Both the position numbers and the translations under genes were made by a program. Positions 22,701 to 33,105 of a stretch of DNA of 64,000 nucleotides are shown here, one piece after another; within the stretch, counting starts at the first letter, position 1, and each line of letters opens with the position of its first letter. The notes below the pieces were generated by a model. That model saw only the letters and a list, made by a program, of their open reading frames with translations. It was not told the DNA's origin and did no database searches. Source of the stretch: Thecamonas trahens ATCC 50062 (lineage: Eukaryota > Protista > Apusomonadida); contig NW_013657636.1 in assembly GCF_000142905.1 (NCBI RefSeq), positions 124,001-188,000 on the forward strand, in the 5' to 3' direction.

Positions 22701-23411
22701 TTAATCGGTGTCGCGCGCTGCAAGGATGACGGCAGTGCGGCGGTCGGGGCGGATGCAGACGATGCCCCAGACCCAGGCCGAGTAGGCGTAGAGCTCGGCG
22801 TGCCATGGGGAGAGAAAGGCGTACCACTCGCAGGCAATGATGGTTGGAGACGCATCGGTACGGCTGGCTTTGGTCTCGTCGGCGAGCGTGATGCCAGCTG
22901 CGGCCGCCACGGCGGACCAGGCCTTGGCAAACGCGGCGTCGGGTGTGGCCGACGCCCCGTAGCATCCGCCGACAACCGCGGCCGATCGGAACATCTCCAG
23001 TGCCTGTCGAGGAGTCTGGCGCTGACAGCTCGAGCCGCTCGTAAAGGCCATGCTGACCGCATCAAGGACGGTCTCACACGCCGGCGTGCAGCTAGCATCG
23101 CACGCGGCTGGCTGCAATGGAAGCGGCCCAGCCAATGTGATGGTCGCGCCCTTGATGTGTCCGTTCGATCCGCGATGCCAGGTAGCAACACACTCGAGGG
23201 TGCCGGCTGGTGACTCATCGTACGCCGTCTGTGCGCAGGCCTCCATAGCCTCGGCGCGAAACGCGACGCATCCGTCGCATTGGCATCGGCTGCCGTCGGG
23301 GGATGAGAGCGGTGAGAACGCCGAGTTTCGGGCCGGCACCTCGGAAGCGTCAACCGGTAGACCGAGCTCGACTTGCCCGTCTAGCCCGTCAAGAGTGCCG
23401 TCTGCAGCCAT
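22701..23411 (-). CDS. Hypothetical protein resembling actinobacterial DUF6183 family
   Basis: Intronless ORF. SAAVVGGCYG...AWSAVAAAAG and the C-terminal WYAF...WVWGIVCIRPDRRTAVILAARDTD match the recalled DUF6183 pattern GGAY...AW...PDRR.LAVLAATDTD. Confidence 0.55.
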   Translation of the reverse strand: MAADGTLDGLDGQVELGLPVDASEVPARNSAFSPLSSPDGSRCQCDGCVAFRAEAMEACAQTAYDESPAGTLECVATWHRGSNGHIKGATITLAGPLPLQPAACDASCTPACETVLDAVSMAFTSGSSCQRQTPRQALEMFRSAAVVGGCYGASATPDAAFAKAWSAVAAAAGITLADETKASRTDASPTIIACEWYAFLSPWHAELYAYSAWVWGIVCIRPDRRTAVILAARDTD

Positions 23412-23864
23412 AGTCCAGTCAAGAGTGCTGTTGATGGTAGCTTAGCCGTGTAGCGCACCGGCGTCCGTCGCCGTTTACCCTGCGACTGCGTCGCTCATCG
23501 AAGCCACGCGTTTGTCTCCGTCCCGCCGGCAGTCGCTTCGCTTCCAAAGCCCAGAACTCGAACAGGCAGTGGAGGTAATGAGCAGAATGTGGAGCAGGCG
23601 ATTGTGAGCAGGTAATGAAGCTTGCGACAGCGCTGCAGCTGCCGTACCCCACCAGTCCAGTGCGATCATGCGCGCGCAAGCTGTGTGTTTTTTCCATTGT
23701 TTGCGACGCGACGACAGCCATGACTGGCACATGCGGGTGAAGTAGCCGGGAGGAGGGGGGGTAGGGGGAGGGGGGGGGTGTCTGTCACCGCAACCGCGTC
23801 GTGGCTTTGGCCTCGGTCACCCGTCTGTTGTCAGCAGGAGACTTGAGCTATCCTGTCGAGAGCT

Positions 23865-25115
23865 ATGGAGAGCCTGTGGCCTGTGCTGGAGGCGCTCGGA
23901 GTGGCCAGTGCTGATGGTGTGGTCAAGACACTGACACTGGCTGTTCCACTGATTGCCACTCTGTGGTATTGGGTATGGCCATGGGGAGAGGAAGAGGGAA
24001 GAGGGGGAAGGGGGGGGGGGGGATACTCATGGTGTGTATGTGTATGTATGCGTGTGATCGGTTGGGTGGTGGGGTCATGGCTGACGGTGGTGGTCATGGC
24101 TGACGGTGGCTGATGGTGGCTGGTGGTGGCTGGTGGTGGCTGGTGGTGGCTGGTGGTGGCTGGTGGTGGCTGGTGGTGGCTGATCATGGCTGATGGTGGG
24201 TGGTTATGGTTGACGGTGGCCGGTTATGACTGGGCATGGCTGATGGTGGCCGGTGTTGGCTTGTGCGGGCGGATGGTGGCTGGTCATGGACAGAGTAACC
24301 GATCTTTGTTCTCGGTCCCGTGGCAAACAGCTCATCCGTCGGGCTACTGCGAGCGGTATGATCCGCGCCACTACTCGGAAGAGGTGCGTGGCTCAGAACT
24401 GGTGGTGGAGAATGGGAATGCGCTGGAGAACGTGCCGTCGGCTGAGCACGACCTCGCGTATCCGCACAGGCGGTTCGCGCCGACGATCAAGAGCCATGCC
24501 GAGCTGCTGGCGGCGTCACGGGCACACTACGAGATGATGAACTCACGGCGGTCGTGCCGGTTCTTCTCCACGGCGCCTGTCCCGCGCGAGGTCATCGACA
24601 ACATCGTGCTGACTGCTGGCACGGCACCGTCGGGTGCCCACATGCAGCCGTGGACCTTTGTGGTGGTCTCGGACCCGGGCGTGAAGCGGGCCATTCGTGA
24701 GGCCGCCGAGGCTGAGGAGCGGACCAACTACGACTCGCGGATGTCGGAGGAGTGGAAGCGCGACTTGGCGCCGCTTGGCACCGACTGGCAGAAGCCGTTT
24801 CTCGAGCTTGCGCCGTACCTCATTGTGGTCTTCAAGCAGACGTACGGGGCACGGCCCGATGGGACGCGGGCGACGCACTACTACTTTGAAAAGTCGGTCG
24901 GCATCGCCACAGGCATGCTCATCGGTGCCATCCACGCCGCTGGGCTCACCACTCTCACCCACACACCCACGCCGATGGGCTTTCTCTCTTTCATCCTCCA
25001 GCGCCCGCCCAACGAGAAGCCGTATCTCTTGCTCCCGGTCGGTTACCCGGCCGAGGCCGCCACCGTGCCGGACCTCAAGCGCAAGGCGCTGTCAGAGATC
25101 ATGACTGTAGTGTAG
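23865..25115 (+). CDS. IYD: Iodotyrosine deiodinase (nitroreductase superfamily) with N-terminal membrane anchor; intron 23973-24293
   Basis: Motifs RRSCRFFS, GTAPSGAHMQPWTFVVV, EAEERTNY, LGTDWQKPFLELAPYLIVVFKQ and LTHTP. A hydrophobic first exon joins in frame through GTATGG...CAG. Confidence 0.9.
24075..24290 (+). repeat. Intronic (TGGTGGTGGC)n / ATGGCTGA low-complexity repeat
   Basis: About 7 perfect 10-mers at 24111-24180 with degenerate flanks, inside the IYD intron. Confidence 0.8.
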
Positions 25116-25168
25116 CGTTCGAGCCATTTACATCGGGGGAGGAGGCAAATGCACGCGCATCAACGTAA

Positions 25169-25972
25169 CCCTTTACGGTACGGAATAGACAACTTGTCCA
25201 TCGCGCAAGCCACGCTCCGGCGACGCTCCACAAACGTCGCAACGTCCATGAAATGTGTAAAAGAGTAGCACAATGTGTTCATGGCTGCCACAACAGAAAA
25301 CAGTCGGCGATGCAGGATGGACGCCGCACGCGGCACAAGAGGTCCGCCGTCGCGATCGCTTACCATGAAGCTTCCGGCCAGGGAGGCAGTCGCATCGCAG
25401 AGCGGCTTGTTGGGGAAGGTGGTGATGACAAGCAGCCGCTGCAGAAGGACGCTTTTACTTGCGCAACGGCGCGGAGCTGGCGGTGAGGGCGTCGATGACG
25501 TCGTAGAGAAAAGCCACGTGAGTCGTTGCGGGGCGTGGGCTTGCGTCGGCGTACGCGTTGATGAGCGCGGCGTCCAGAATCTAGTACAAGGATGGCGTGC
25601 CACGAACTTGCGCGGCCATGCCGACCAGCAAGCTCGTCCGTCGCAAGACGTCCTCGCGCTCTCCCGTCTGGCCGCTGTGTTCAACTCTGTCATGCTCTCC
25701 TTCCCGGTCGTCGGGGTCGTCAACGACAAGCTCCGCACCGTCCGCGCCCGCCGCTCCTCCGGGTCGGCACCGTACGGCACCTCGCACGCCTCGCCCCATG
25801 CTCCCAGGCGTCCGTGACCGCGATGGCAACTCAGGCATCCTCCAGGCGGGCGTCTACGTGTCGACCGCCATCACGTGCGGGCGCGCCTCCCACCCACCGG
25901 GAAGTCAAGCATCATCGAGTTGTTCACTTAAAGACGCGCGACAATGCGTCCGAACGACCGTACCGTCAAGGG
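25169..25972 (-). mobile_element. Non-autonomous piggyBac-derived element, copy 1
   Basis: 15-bp TIRs CCCTTTACGGTACGG / CCGTACCGTCAAGGG (1 mismatch), flanked by GTAA and TTAA. It carries a decayed transposase C-terminus including the Cys-rich domain and is homologous to 32244-33105 in inverted orientation. Confidence 0.85.
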
Positions 25973-26691
25973 TTAATGGCCGACGGGGAGGAGGCCGATG
26001 TTGGCGCACTGCTTGAATGAGCCGAACGAGACAATGTACTCGGTGCGAATGACGATCGGCGTCGGGTGCGTCACCGTCGGCGCGGTGATCTCGGCCGTGT
26101 AAACCGTCAGCGACGACGTGTTCGTGTCCTTGATGAAGGCCAGCGAGTGGAAGTCCGAGCTGTCGTCCTCGGCGTACGAGATCTGGAACCCGCCCTGCGG
26201 GTACTTGGCATCGTAGTGGTTGAGGTTCTTCTGGAACACAATCGTGTGCTTCTGGCCAGACATCAGCCACACCTCGGGATCAGTCGGCTTTGCCCCGCCG
26301 CACGGGCCGGTCATCAGGCCACACGCGTCGGCATGCGGGGCGTTGACGCCCTCCAGTGCCGTCCTATCGTCCGTAGTGCACCATCACGATCACCACATCA
26401 TATCATCCAAGCCAAGAAATAAGTCGCACTCTCCAAAAAGTCACGTGCACGGCATCCCCCTGAAAAAAACCCCCTTTCCCTCCCTCGTGCGACTCTCTCC
26501 GCCTTTTCTTCTTTGTTGCCCCCTTCCCCCCCCCCTCCCCCCCCCCTCCCCCCCTCCCCCTTCCCTCCTCCGTCAGCCACCACCACCGCCACCACCACCA
26601 CCTACCGCTGTGCAGGGTTGAACATGCACACGTGGGCCAGGGAGACAGCCATGAGGCAGGAAAAGACAGCAATGATCACAGCAAGCTTCAT
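25973..26691 (-). CDS. Secreted His1 protein, LPMO-like/copper-binding fold candidate; intron 26364-26605
   Basis: Spliced product MKLAVIIAVFSCLMAVSLA|HVCMFNPAQRTALEGVNAPHADACGLMTGPCGG...VFQKNLNHY...FKQCANI. The phase-2 GTAGGT...TAG intron restores the frame. Confidence 0.75.
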
Positions 26692-26811
26692 GTTGGACGA
26701 GTGTAGAGTGCGGTGTGGCCTGTCTGTCGCTGTCGGGTGGCTGTCGGGTGGCTGTCGATGTCGATGGCTGGCCGGGAGCCCATTGATCGATAGCCAGCGA
26801 TTGCATTTGGG

Positions 26812-27095
26812 TTGGCAGCCAGCCATCGGCGACCAGTCAGCCATCGCCTGTTCATCGCAAGTCAGCCATCGCCTGCTCATCGCCATCGGCAGCCAGCCAG
26901 CCATCGCCTGCTCATCGCCAGTCAGCCATCGCCTGTTCATCGCAAGTCAGCCATCGCCTGCTCATCGGCAGCCAGCCAGCCATCGCCTGCTCATCGCCAG
27001 CCAGCCAGCCATCGCCTGCTCATCGGCAGCCAGCCAGCCATCGCCTGCTCATCGCCAGCCAGCCATCCCTGTGTGGTCGGCAGCCAGCCATCCCT
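26812..27095 (+). repeat. Minisatellite, core CAGCCATCGCCTGCTCATCG (~10 imperfect copies)
   Basis: Directly visible tandem repeat in the divergent intergenic region. Confidence 0.85.
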
Positions 27096-27234
27096 GCCTT
27101 GTGCATGTCTAGCTTGCTCTCGGTGGTGCGGCGGTGGGTGTGGTCGGCAGCCAGGACATGTCGGTCGGCGAATGAAACCCCGTCTGGGCGCAGAGCCACC
27201 GCACTCGCTCCTCCCTCCCCCCTCGACCACTGCC

Positions 27235-29178
27235 ATGGCCGACAGCGGCCAGCCTGCGGAGCCACCGGTGGTGCTGGGTGCAGAGGGCGAAGGCCCTGTC
27301 CCAGAGCCCTGGGTCCGGCTCAACGTGGGTGGCACGCTCTTCACCACCACCCGGGCCACCCTCGGCCTGTGCCCCGACTCGGTCCTCGCCGCCATGTTCC
27401 CGCTCTCCGGCCCGCCCTCGCTCCCCATCGCCCGTGCTGCCGATGGCGCCTACCTGCTTGATCGCGAGCCGGCCTACTTTGGCCCGCTTCTCTCCTACCT
27501 TCGCTCAGGCGCCGTCTTTATCGATGCCGGCATCGCCGCCACGGGCGTACTCCACGAGGCCCGCGCCTTTGGCATCACCCCGCTCGTCGCCCTGCTCGAT
27601 GCCCAGCTCGCTGATGAGGCCCAGCCCAAGCTCGCTCCGGCCCTCTACCTGGTCGTCCGCTGTGTCACCCTGTATCAGGCTGGTCGTGCCCGGACAAACA
27701 TCGCCTACATGGGCCCACTCTCCCGCCGCAAGCGAGAGCGCCTCGAAGGCGTTTCGCTCTCGCCTGCGCTCAACATGCTTGCCTCCTGGGGCTGGCGGCT
27801 CGTCACTTCGTGCGGCAAGGGCGGCGATCATGAGAAGTTTATCTTCTCCAAAACCCCCAAGTCGCTCCGCTCCGCCCGCCGTTACATCGATACCATCCTC
27901 TCGCCCTCGGTCCGCCACGACCCGATGACTGCTCTCCGTTCAGAGTTTGATCCGCCGGTCGACTCGGACACCGAGGCCGATACCCAGCCCGACTTTGGCT
28001 CTGCATCGCTTTCCTCCTCTGCCGACTCGTCGTCGGCTGAGCCCGACATGCCCGATCCTGAGCTCGACGCCACGGACCCGGCCGCCTCAGACCCAGCCGC
28101 CGGCATCGCCGTGACTGCCTCGACCCATGCGCTGGACGGTGGCGCCGGCGCAGCTGAGCACGCGCTGCACCGTGCTGTCCAGCGCGCGCGCCGTGCCCGT
28201 CGTAAGCGTGACTCGACGGCCCTCGTCTATCCGGTCGAGGAGCTCTTCCGCGCCGACGACGAGTGGATCTCGCTTAATGTCGGTGGCAGGATCTTCTGCA
28301 CCACACTGCGGACTCTCCGCGACCGTGCTCCGGCCTCGATGCTTGCGCACATGTTCCGTCCGCTCACCGAAGGTGACGAGCCGGCCTCGCCTAGTGCCCC
28401 GGCCTCGTTTGCCTGGCACTCGGCCCGCGACGCCCACGGCAACTATCTACTCGACCGCGACCCACGCTACTTTGGCCCCATCCTCCACTACCTCCGGACC
28501 GGCAACCTAGTTGTCGACCCGGGCGTATCGCTCGAGGGCATCCGCGCCGAGGCGCTCTTCTTCCAGATTGCCCCACTCATCACCGCTGTCGAGCAGCGCC
28601 TCAACGCTCCCGACGAGGCACCGCTCTTCCAGTACCTCATCGTCCGCTCGGTGACCCTCTACTACGCCTCGCGCGCCCAGGTCAAGGTCACGATCCGCGG
28701 GCCGTACAACCGCTTTCGCGACACAGACCTTGAGAACCTCTCACTTGCCCAGATCTTCAACATCGTCGCCGCTGATGGCTGGCGACTGCAGTCGGCCTCA
28801 GGCAAGGGAGGCGACCACGAGAAGTTTGTCTTTGAGCGCCCGTTCTCAGACGCAAACCACCCTTCGGTTCTCGAGCCACTCCTTCCGCGCAATGCATCGA
28901 CCCTAGATCCCGCAGGGCCTACCCCCGCTGCAGCTGCATCCGCCGCCGCCGCCGCCGCTCTCAATCCGCGAGGCGCCACCGCCATCCCTGTAGGCGCCGG
29001 CGCCGCCATCGCCGCCACCACTGCCGCCGCCGCTGCTGCTGCTGCCGCCACCGCTGCGCTGCGTTCACCCGCCGCCACCACCACCACCACCACGACCACC
29101 ACCGCAGCCGCCTCCTCCTCCTCCACCCGCCACCGCACCTCATCCTCATCCTCGTCGTCCTCGTCCGACTCGTTCTAG
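27235..29178 (+). CDS. KCTD-like protein with two tandem BTB/T1 + C-terminal (H1/GFRP-like) modules
   Basis: Two copies of W(V/I).LNVGG..F.TT..TL...LLDR.P.YFGP.L.YLR.G, each followed by L...GWRL....GKGGDHEKF.F. Confidence 0.88.
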   Translation: MADSGQPAEPPVVLGAEGEGPVPEPWVRLNVGGTLFTTTRATLGLCPDSVLAAMFPLSGPPSLPIARAADGAYLLDREPAYFGPLLSYLRSGAVFIDAGIAATGVLHEARAFGITPLVALLDAQLADEAQPKLAPALYLVVRCVTLYQAGRARTNIAYMGPLSRRKRERLEGVSLSPALNMLASWGWRLVTSCGKGGDHEKFIFSKTPKSLRSARRYIDTILSPSVRHDPMTALRSEFDPPVDSDTEADTQPDFGSASLSSSADSSSAEPDMPDPELDATDPAASDPAAGIAVTASTHALDGGAGAAEHALHRAVQRARRARRKRDSTALVYPVEELFRADDEWISLNVGGRIFCTTLRTLRDRAPASMLAHMFRPLTEGDEPASPSAPASFAWHSARDAHGNYLLDRDPRYFGPILHYLRTGNLVVDPGVSLEGIRAEALFFQIAPLITAVEQRLNAPDEAPLFQYLIVRSVTLYYASRAQVKVTIRGPYNRFRDTDLENLSLAQIFNIVAADGWRLQSASGKGGDHEKFVFERPFSDANHPSVLEPLLPRNASTLDPAGPTPAAAASAAAAAALNPRGATAIPVGAGAAIAATTAAAAAAAAATAALRSPAATTTTTTTTTAAASSSSTRHRTSSSSSSSSSDSF

Positions 29179-29451
29179 CGCCTTGCTCCTTGCTCGGCCG
29201 TGATGATGACCGTGGCCGCACCAATGAATGTGCTCCCCGACTTCAGCCGCCTGCCCGGCGTCAGTCACCCAACATCAACCACCACCATGCCACCCACGAG
29301 CCACGCATCGATCGTGCCCCGCGTGCCAGACTGGCTGTCGTTCTGCTCCCGCTGCGCCGACTGCCTGACTCGGCTCCTCCCTCGCAGCCACCGGCACCTC
29401 CCTCCCCCCCCCCCTTCCCCCCCTCCCCCTGACCTGTATCCACACTATGCC

Positions 29452-31076
29452 ATGACGACAGCCGCCTTTCTCGCCTCTGTCCTTGTCCTCGACCTCGCCT
29501 TTGTCCTCACCACCACCGCCACCGCCACTCCCTCCTCCACCCAGCTCGACCTTGTTGTGGTCGGCCTCGGCCCGTCAGGCTTGACTGCCATGGCCACCGC
29601 CGCCGCCGGCCGCATCCCGGTCCTCCGCCCTCTGCAGCATCTGCATCCGGCAGGTTCTGCCCTAGCCGACGCTCTGCCGCTACCGCTGGTCCATGCCCTC
29701 GCTCTGGCTTCCGACGCCGGGCTGGCGAGGCTTGACGGCCGATCCGATGCCCCCGCTGCGCTCCTGGTCGATGCCCACGCTGCGCCGCGGGCTGACGATC
29801 CCCATCACTCTGGCTACGGCCTTGCAGAGTCAGCGCTGGACATGGTGTCCTCCGACGTCGCTACCGCGCTGAACGTGCTGGCGGTCGGCGATGCTCCGCC
29901 AGGAGGATCCTGGCACGCTATGGCCGCGCACATGGCCACCCTCTCGCCTGGCGAATGGATGGCCTTGCCAGGCATGCCGTTCTGGCCATGGCTCCTCTGC
30001 TCGACGCCGGACGCTCTGTTTAACGCAGTCCTTCTGCCTCATCACGCCGATGCTGAGCATGAACTCCGGGCCGAGCTGGCCGCCGTCACGCCGCAGCTCT
30101 GTGCGCCGAAAACCTGTCTTCGACAGCGTGGCTGCGATCGCTCGATGACGCCACTCTCCTCCGCGAAGCCCTGGCTTTTGCCCGTCCGCGCCGCCAACTT
30201 GTTGTCGACTACTATGCAGCGTACCCCGCGGCCATGGCTCTGCCACCAGACACGATCAAGCATGGCTACCGTGTCGTTGCCGTGGACCTTGCGCCGGATG
30301 GAGCTGGCTTTGATCTCGTTGCGCTGCGGTGCGATGCGCCCGGCCCGCATGCCCCGCTCCGGCTCTCAGCCCGTGCTGTAGTCCTTGCCCTCGGTATGTA
30401 CGGCAAGCCGAAGATGCTAGGCGTGCCCGGCGAGGACCTGCCGCTGGTTCACCACCGGACGGCGGCAGTGGACGACCTGGATCCTGACCTTGCCGCCACC
30501 GTGGTGATTGTGGGTGACGGTCTCTCGGCCGCCGATGCGCTTGCTGCGCTGCTCGGCGACGGCTACTCTTGTCGTGTCGTTCATCTGTTCCGAAGAGACA
30601 CTGATGGCGAGCTTAGCCTCGACTCGTATCGCGGCGCCGATGACGAGTATCCTGAGTACGCACGCGTTCTTGAGCTCATGGAAGGCACGGCGACCCACAC
30701 TCGGTATTCAGGGATGGAAGGGAAGGCTATAGCACGCATCACGTCAGCAGGGCAGGTAGTGCTGAGCGACGGCTCTATCCTTGTTGACGTCAGTGCTGTT
30801 CTTGTTCTCATCGGCTCGACGCCCGATCTCGGTCTGTTGTCACCATCGCTGTTGGAGCGACTTGGCATCGGGGCGCCTGACTCGCAAGATGTGCTCCGCA
30901 AGCCGCTGGCGGTCCATCCGCGGACCTTTGAGGTCCGCGCCGTACCTAGCCTCTATGCTGTGGGCCCGCTCGCCGGCGAAAACTTTGTCCGCTTCAATGT
31001 GGGCACCGCCCTCGCTGCCGCCTACACGGCGGTGCTCCGGGCGCTGGCAGCTACGCAGCACGCGGTAGCCGTTTGA
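29452..31076 (+). CDS. OSGIN1/2-like FAD-dependent oxidoreductase; frameshift near 30130
   Basis: Motifs VVVGLGPSG, GRSDAPAALLVD, PPGGSWHAM..MATLSPGEWMALPG, VIVGDGLSAAD and LYAVGPLAGENFVRF. Start is uncertain (alternative near 29224). Confidence 0.8.
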
Positions 31077-31077
31077 T

Positions 31078-32123
31078 TCAAAAGTACGAGTACGATGTGG
31101 CGATGTGGCGCTGCGACGCAACCTGCGGGCGAGGCACAGTAGGTGAGCGGCTTGGCCTGTGCGACGAGGCGCAGTCACCCATCGGCATGCAGACAGCCGC
31201 CGGCACGGGTCCTGCTTCCCGCGGCGAAACCGCTGGCTGCGCCACCTCCGCCTCCAACAGCGCCTTTTTCTTGGCCAGCCTACGGGAGCGCGCCTTGAGC
31301 GATGTTCGCAGCTTTTTGATCCTCTCGAGACGGGCACGGACCGGTCCGATCGGCGAATTTGCCTCGCGCTCGGCGTTGGCGTTGGATTGGCGGGTGTGGG
31401 CCGAGTCAAGAAAAGCGCGGTAGGCGCGCGTCGCTGCCTCCAACCGGTTCTTGGCATCAGCAGTGGTAGCTTCCACATCTGCGCGCTGCGCTGCCAGCTC
31501 CTCAGCCTCGGCACGCGCCACTGCCGCACCTGCAGTGGCAGCCGCCACCCTGTCCCGCGCCGACGTCTCCTCGGCCTTGAGCTGGGCGAGCGAGATCCAG
31601 CGCTCGTCGCCGTCCCCAGCATTTGGAACGCAGACGAGGCCGTCTTTGATCCGCATGCAAAGTGGATGATTGGCCATGCGGGCAAGGACGACACCGCGGC
31701 GATCGGCAAGGTCCTTGCCCAGTCCGGCCAGCTCGGCTTCGGCTGCCTCTGCCGCGGCTTCGGCAGTGTCGGCGGTAGCATCGAGACGGGCGGCGAGGTC
31801 GGCGGCGGCGGCGGCGCTTGATGCGGCAGCAATGCGGATGGCAAGAAGGTGCTCGAGGCTATCTGTTCCGGACCGCCGCATTTGCTTCAGCCTGTGCAGC
31901 CGCTGAAGGTCGTCCTGATGGCTCCTGTGGCGCAGGACGAGCGTGAGTGTGGCCCCCACAATGCGACCTTTTTTTCGCCGCGGTGGCGAGGCTGTGGCAT
32001 GACCTGACGACCTTTTTCTGCACCGCGGGAGACGTACCGCTGGGCAAGCCGCAGAGCAGTGGTCACTTCCTGCAGATCAGCTTCAATGCGGTGGACATGG
32101 GCTAGAAGCTGATCGGCGTTCAT
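31078..32123 (-). CDS. Hypothetical coiled-coil protein; frameshift at a homopolymer near 31970
   Basis: Two adjacent ORFs (31887-32123 and 31078-31959) with Ala/Glu/Arg-rich helices. Confidence 0.5.
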
Positions 32124-32243
32124 GGGTCGAAAAGAGGGGCGGCCGGTCTGGCGACAAGTGCCGAGGAGAGGAGGGAGCGGTGTGGTGGTCGAGGCATACG
32201 CTGAGCCATCAGCCGAGCAGCAGATGGCGTGACGGGCTCATCA

Positions 32244-33105
32244 CCCTTATCGGTACGGTCGTTCGGACGCGTTGTCGCGCGTCTTCAAGTGAACAGCTCG
32301 ATGATGCTTGACTTCCCGGTGGGAGGCGCGCCCGTACGTGATGGCGACCGACACGTAGACGCCCGCCTGGGGGATGCCCGAGTTGCCATCGCGGTCACGG
32401 ACGCCTGGAAGCATGGGGCGAGGCGTGCGAGGTGCCGTACGGTGCCGATCCGGAGGAGCGGCGGGCACGGACGGTGCGGAGCTTGTCGTTGACGACCCCG
32501 ACGACAGGGAAGGAGAGCATGACAGAGTTGAACACAGCGGCCAGACGGGAGAGCGCGAGGACGTCTTGCGACGGACGAGCTTGCTGGTCGGCATGGCCGC
32601 GCAAGTGGTGGCACGCCATTCTTGTACTGGATTCTGGACCCCGCGCTCATCAACGCGTACGCGCTCTACGCTGCCGTGAGCCCACGCCCCGCAATGACTC
32701 GCGCGGCTTTTGTCTACGACATCATCGACGCCCCCGCCGCCAGCGCCGACGCTGTCAGCTCGCGCCCTCGCCGCCGGCGCCGACGCCGTCAGCTCCGCGC
32801 TGTCGCGCAAGTGGAAGCGTCCCTCTGGAGCGGCTGCTCGTCATCATCATCACATTCCCCAACAAGCCGCTCTGCGATGCGACTGCCTCGCCTGCCGGAA
32901 GCTTCATGGTAAGCGATCGCGGCCGCGGACCTTTTGTGCCGCGTGCGGCGTCCATCCTGCATCGCCGACTGTTTTCTGTTGTGGCAGCCATGAACACATT
33001 GTGCTACTCTTTTACAACAATCCATGGACGTTGCGACGTCTGTGGAGCGTCGCGGAGCGCGGCTTGCGCGATGGGAAAAAACTGTCCATTCCGTACTGGA
33101 AAGGA
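32244..33105 (+). mobile_element. Non-autonomous piggyBac-derived element, copy 2
   Basis: Ends CCCTTATCGGTACGG ... CCGTACTGGAAAGGA followed by TTAA. Transposase remnants KWWH..YWILDPALINAYALY...MTRAAF and CDCLACRKLHGKRSRPRTFCAACGVH are broken by frameshifts. Confidence 0.85.

Noticed and set aside
23865-25115. Selenoprotein (DIO-type) deiodinase
   Set aside because: This is the flavin nitroreductase-fold IYD, with no in-frame TGA in the exons.
32244-33105. Active or domesticated piggyBac transposase
   Set aside because: Only frameshifted C-terminal fragments remain and the DDD core is missing.
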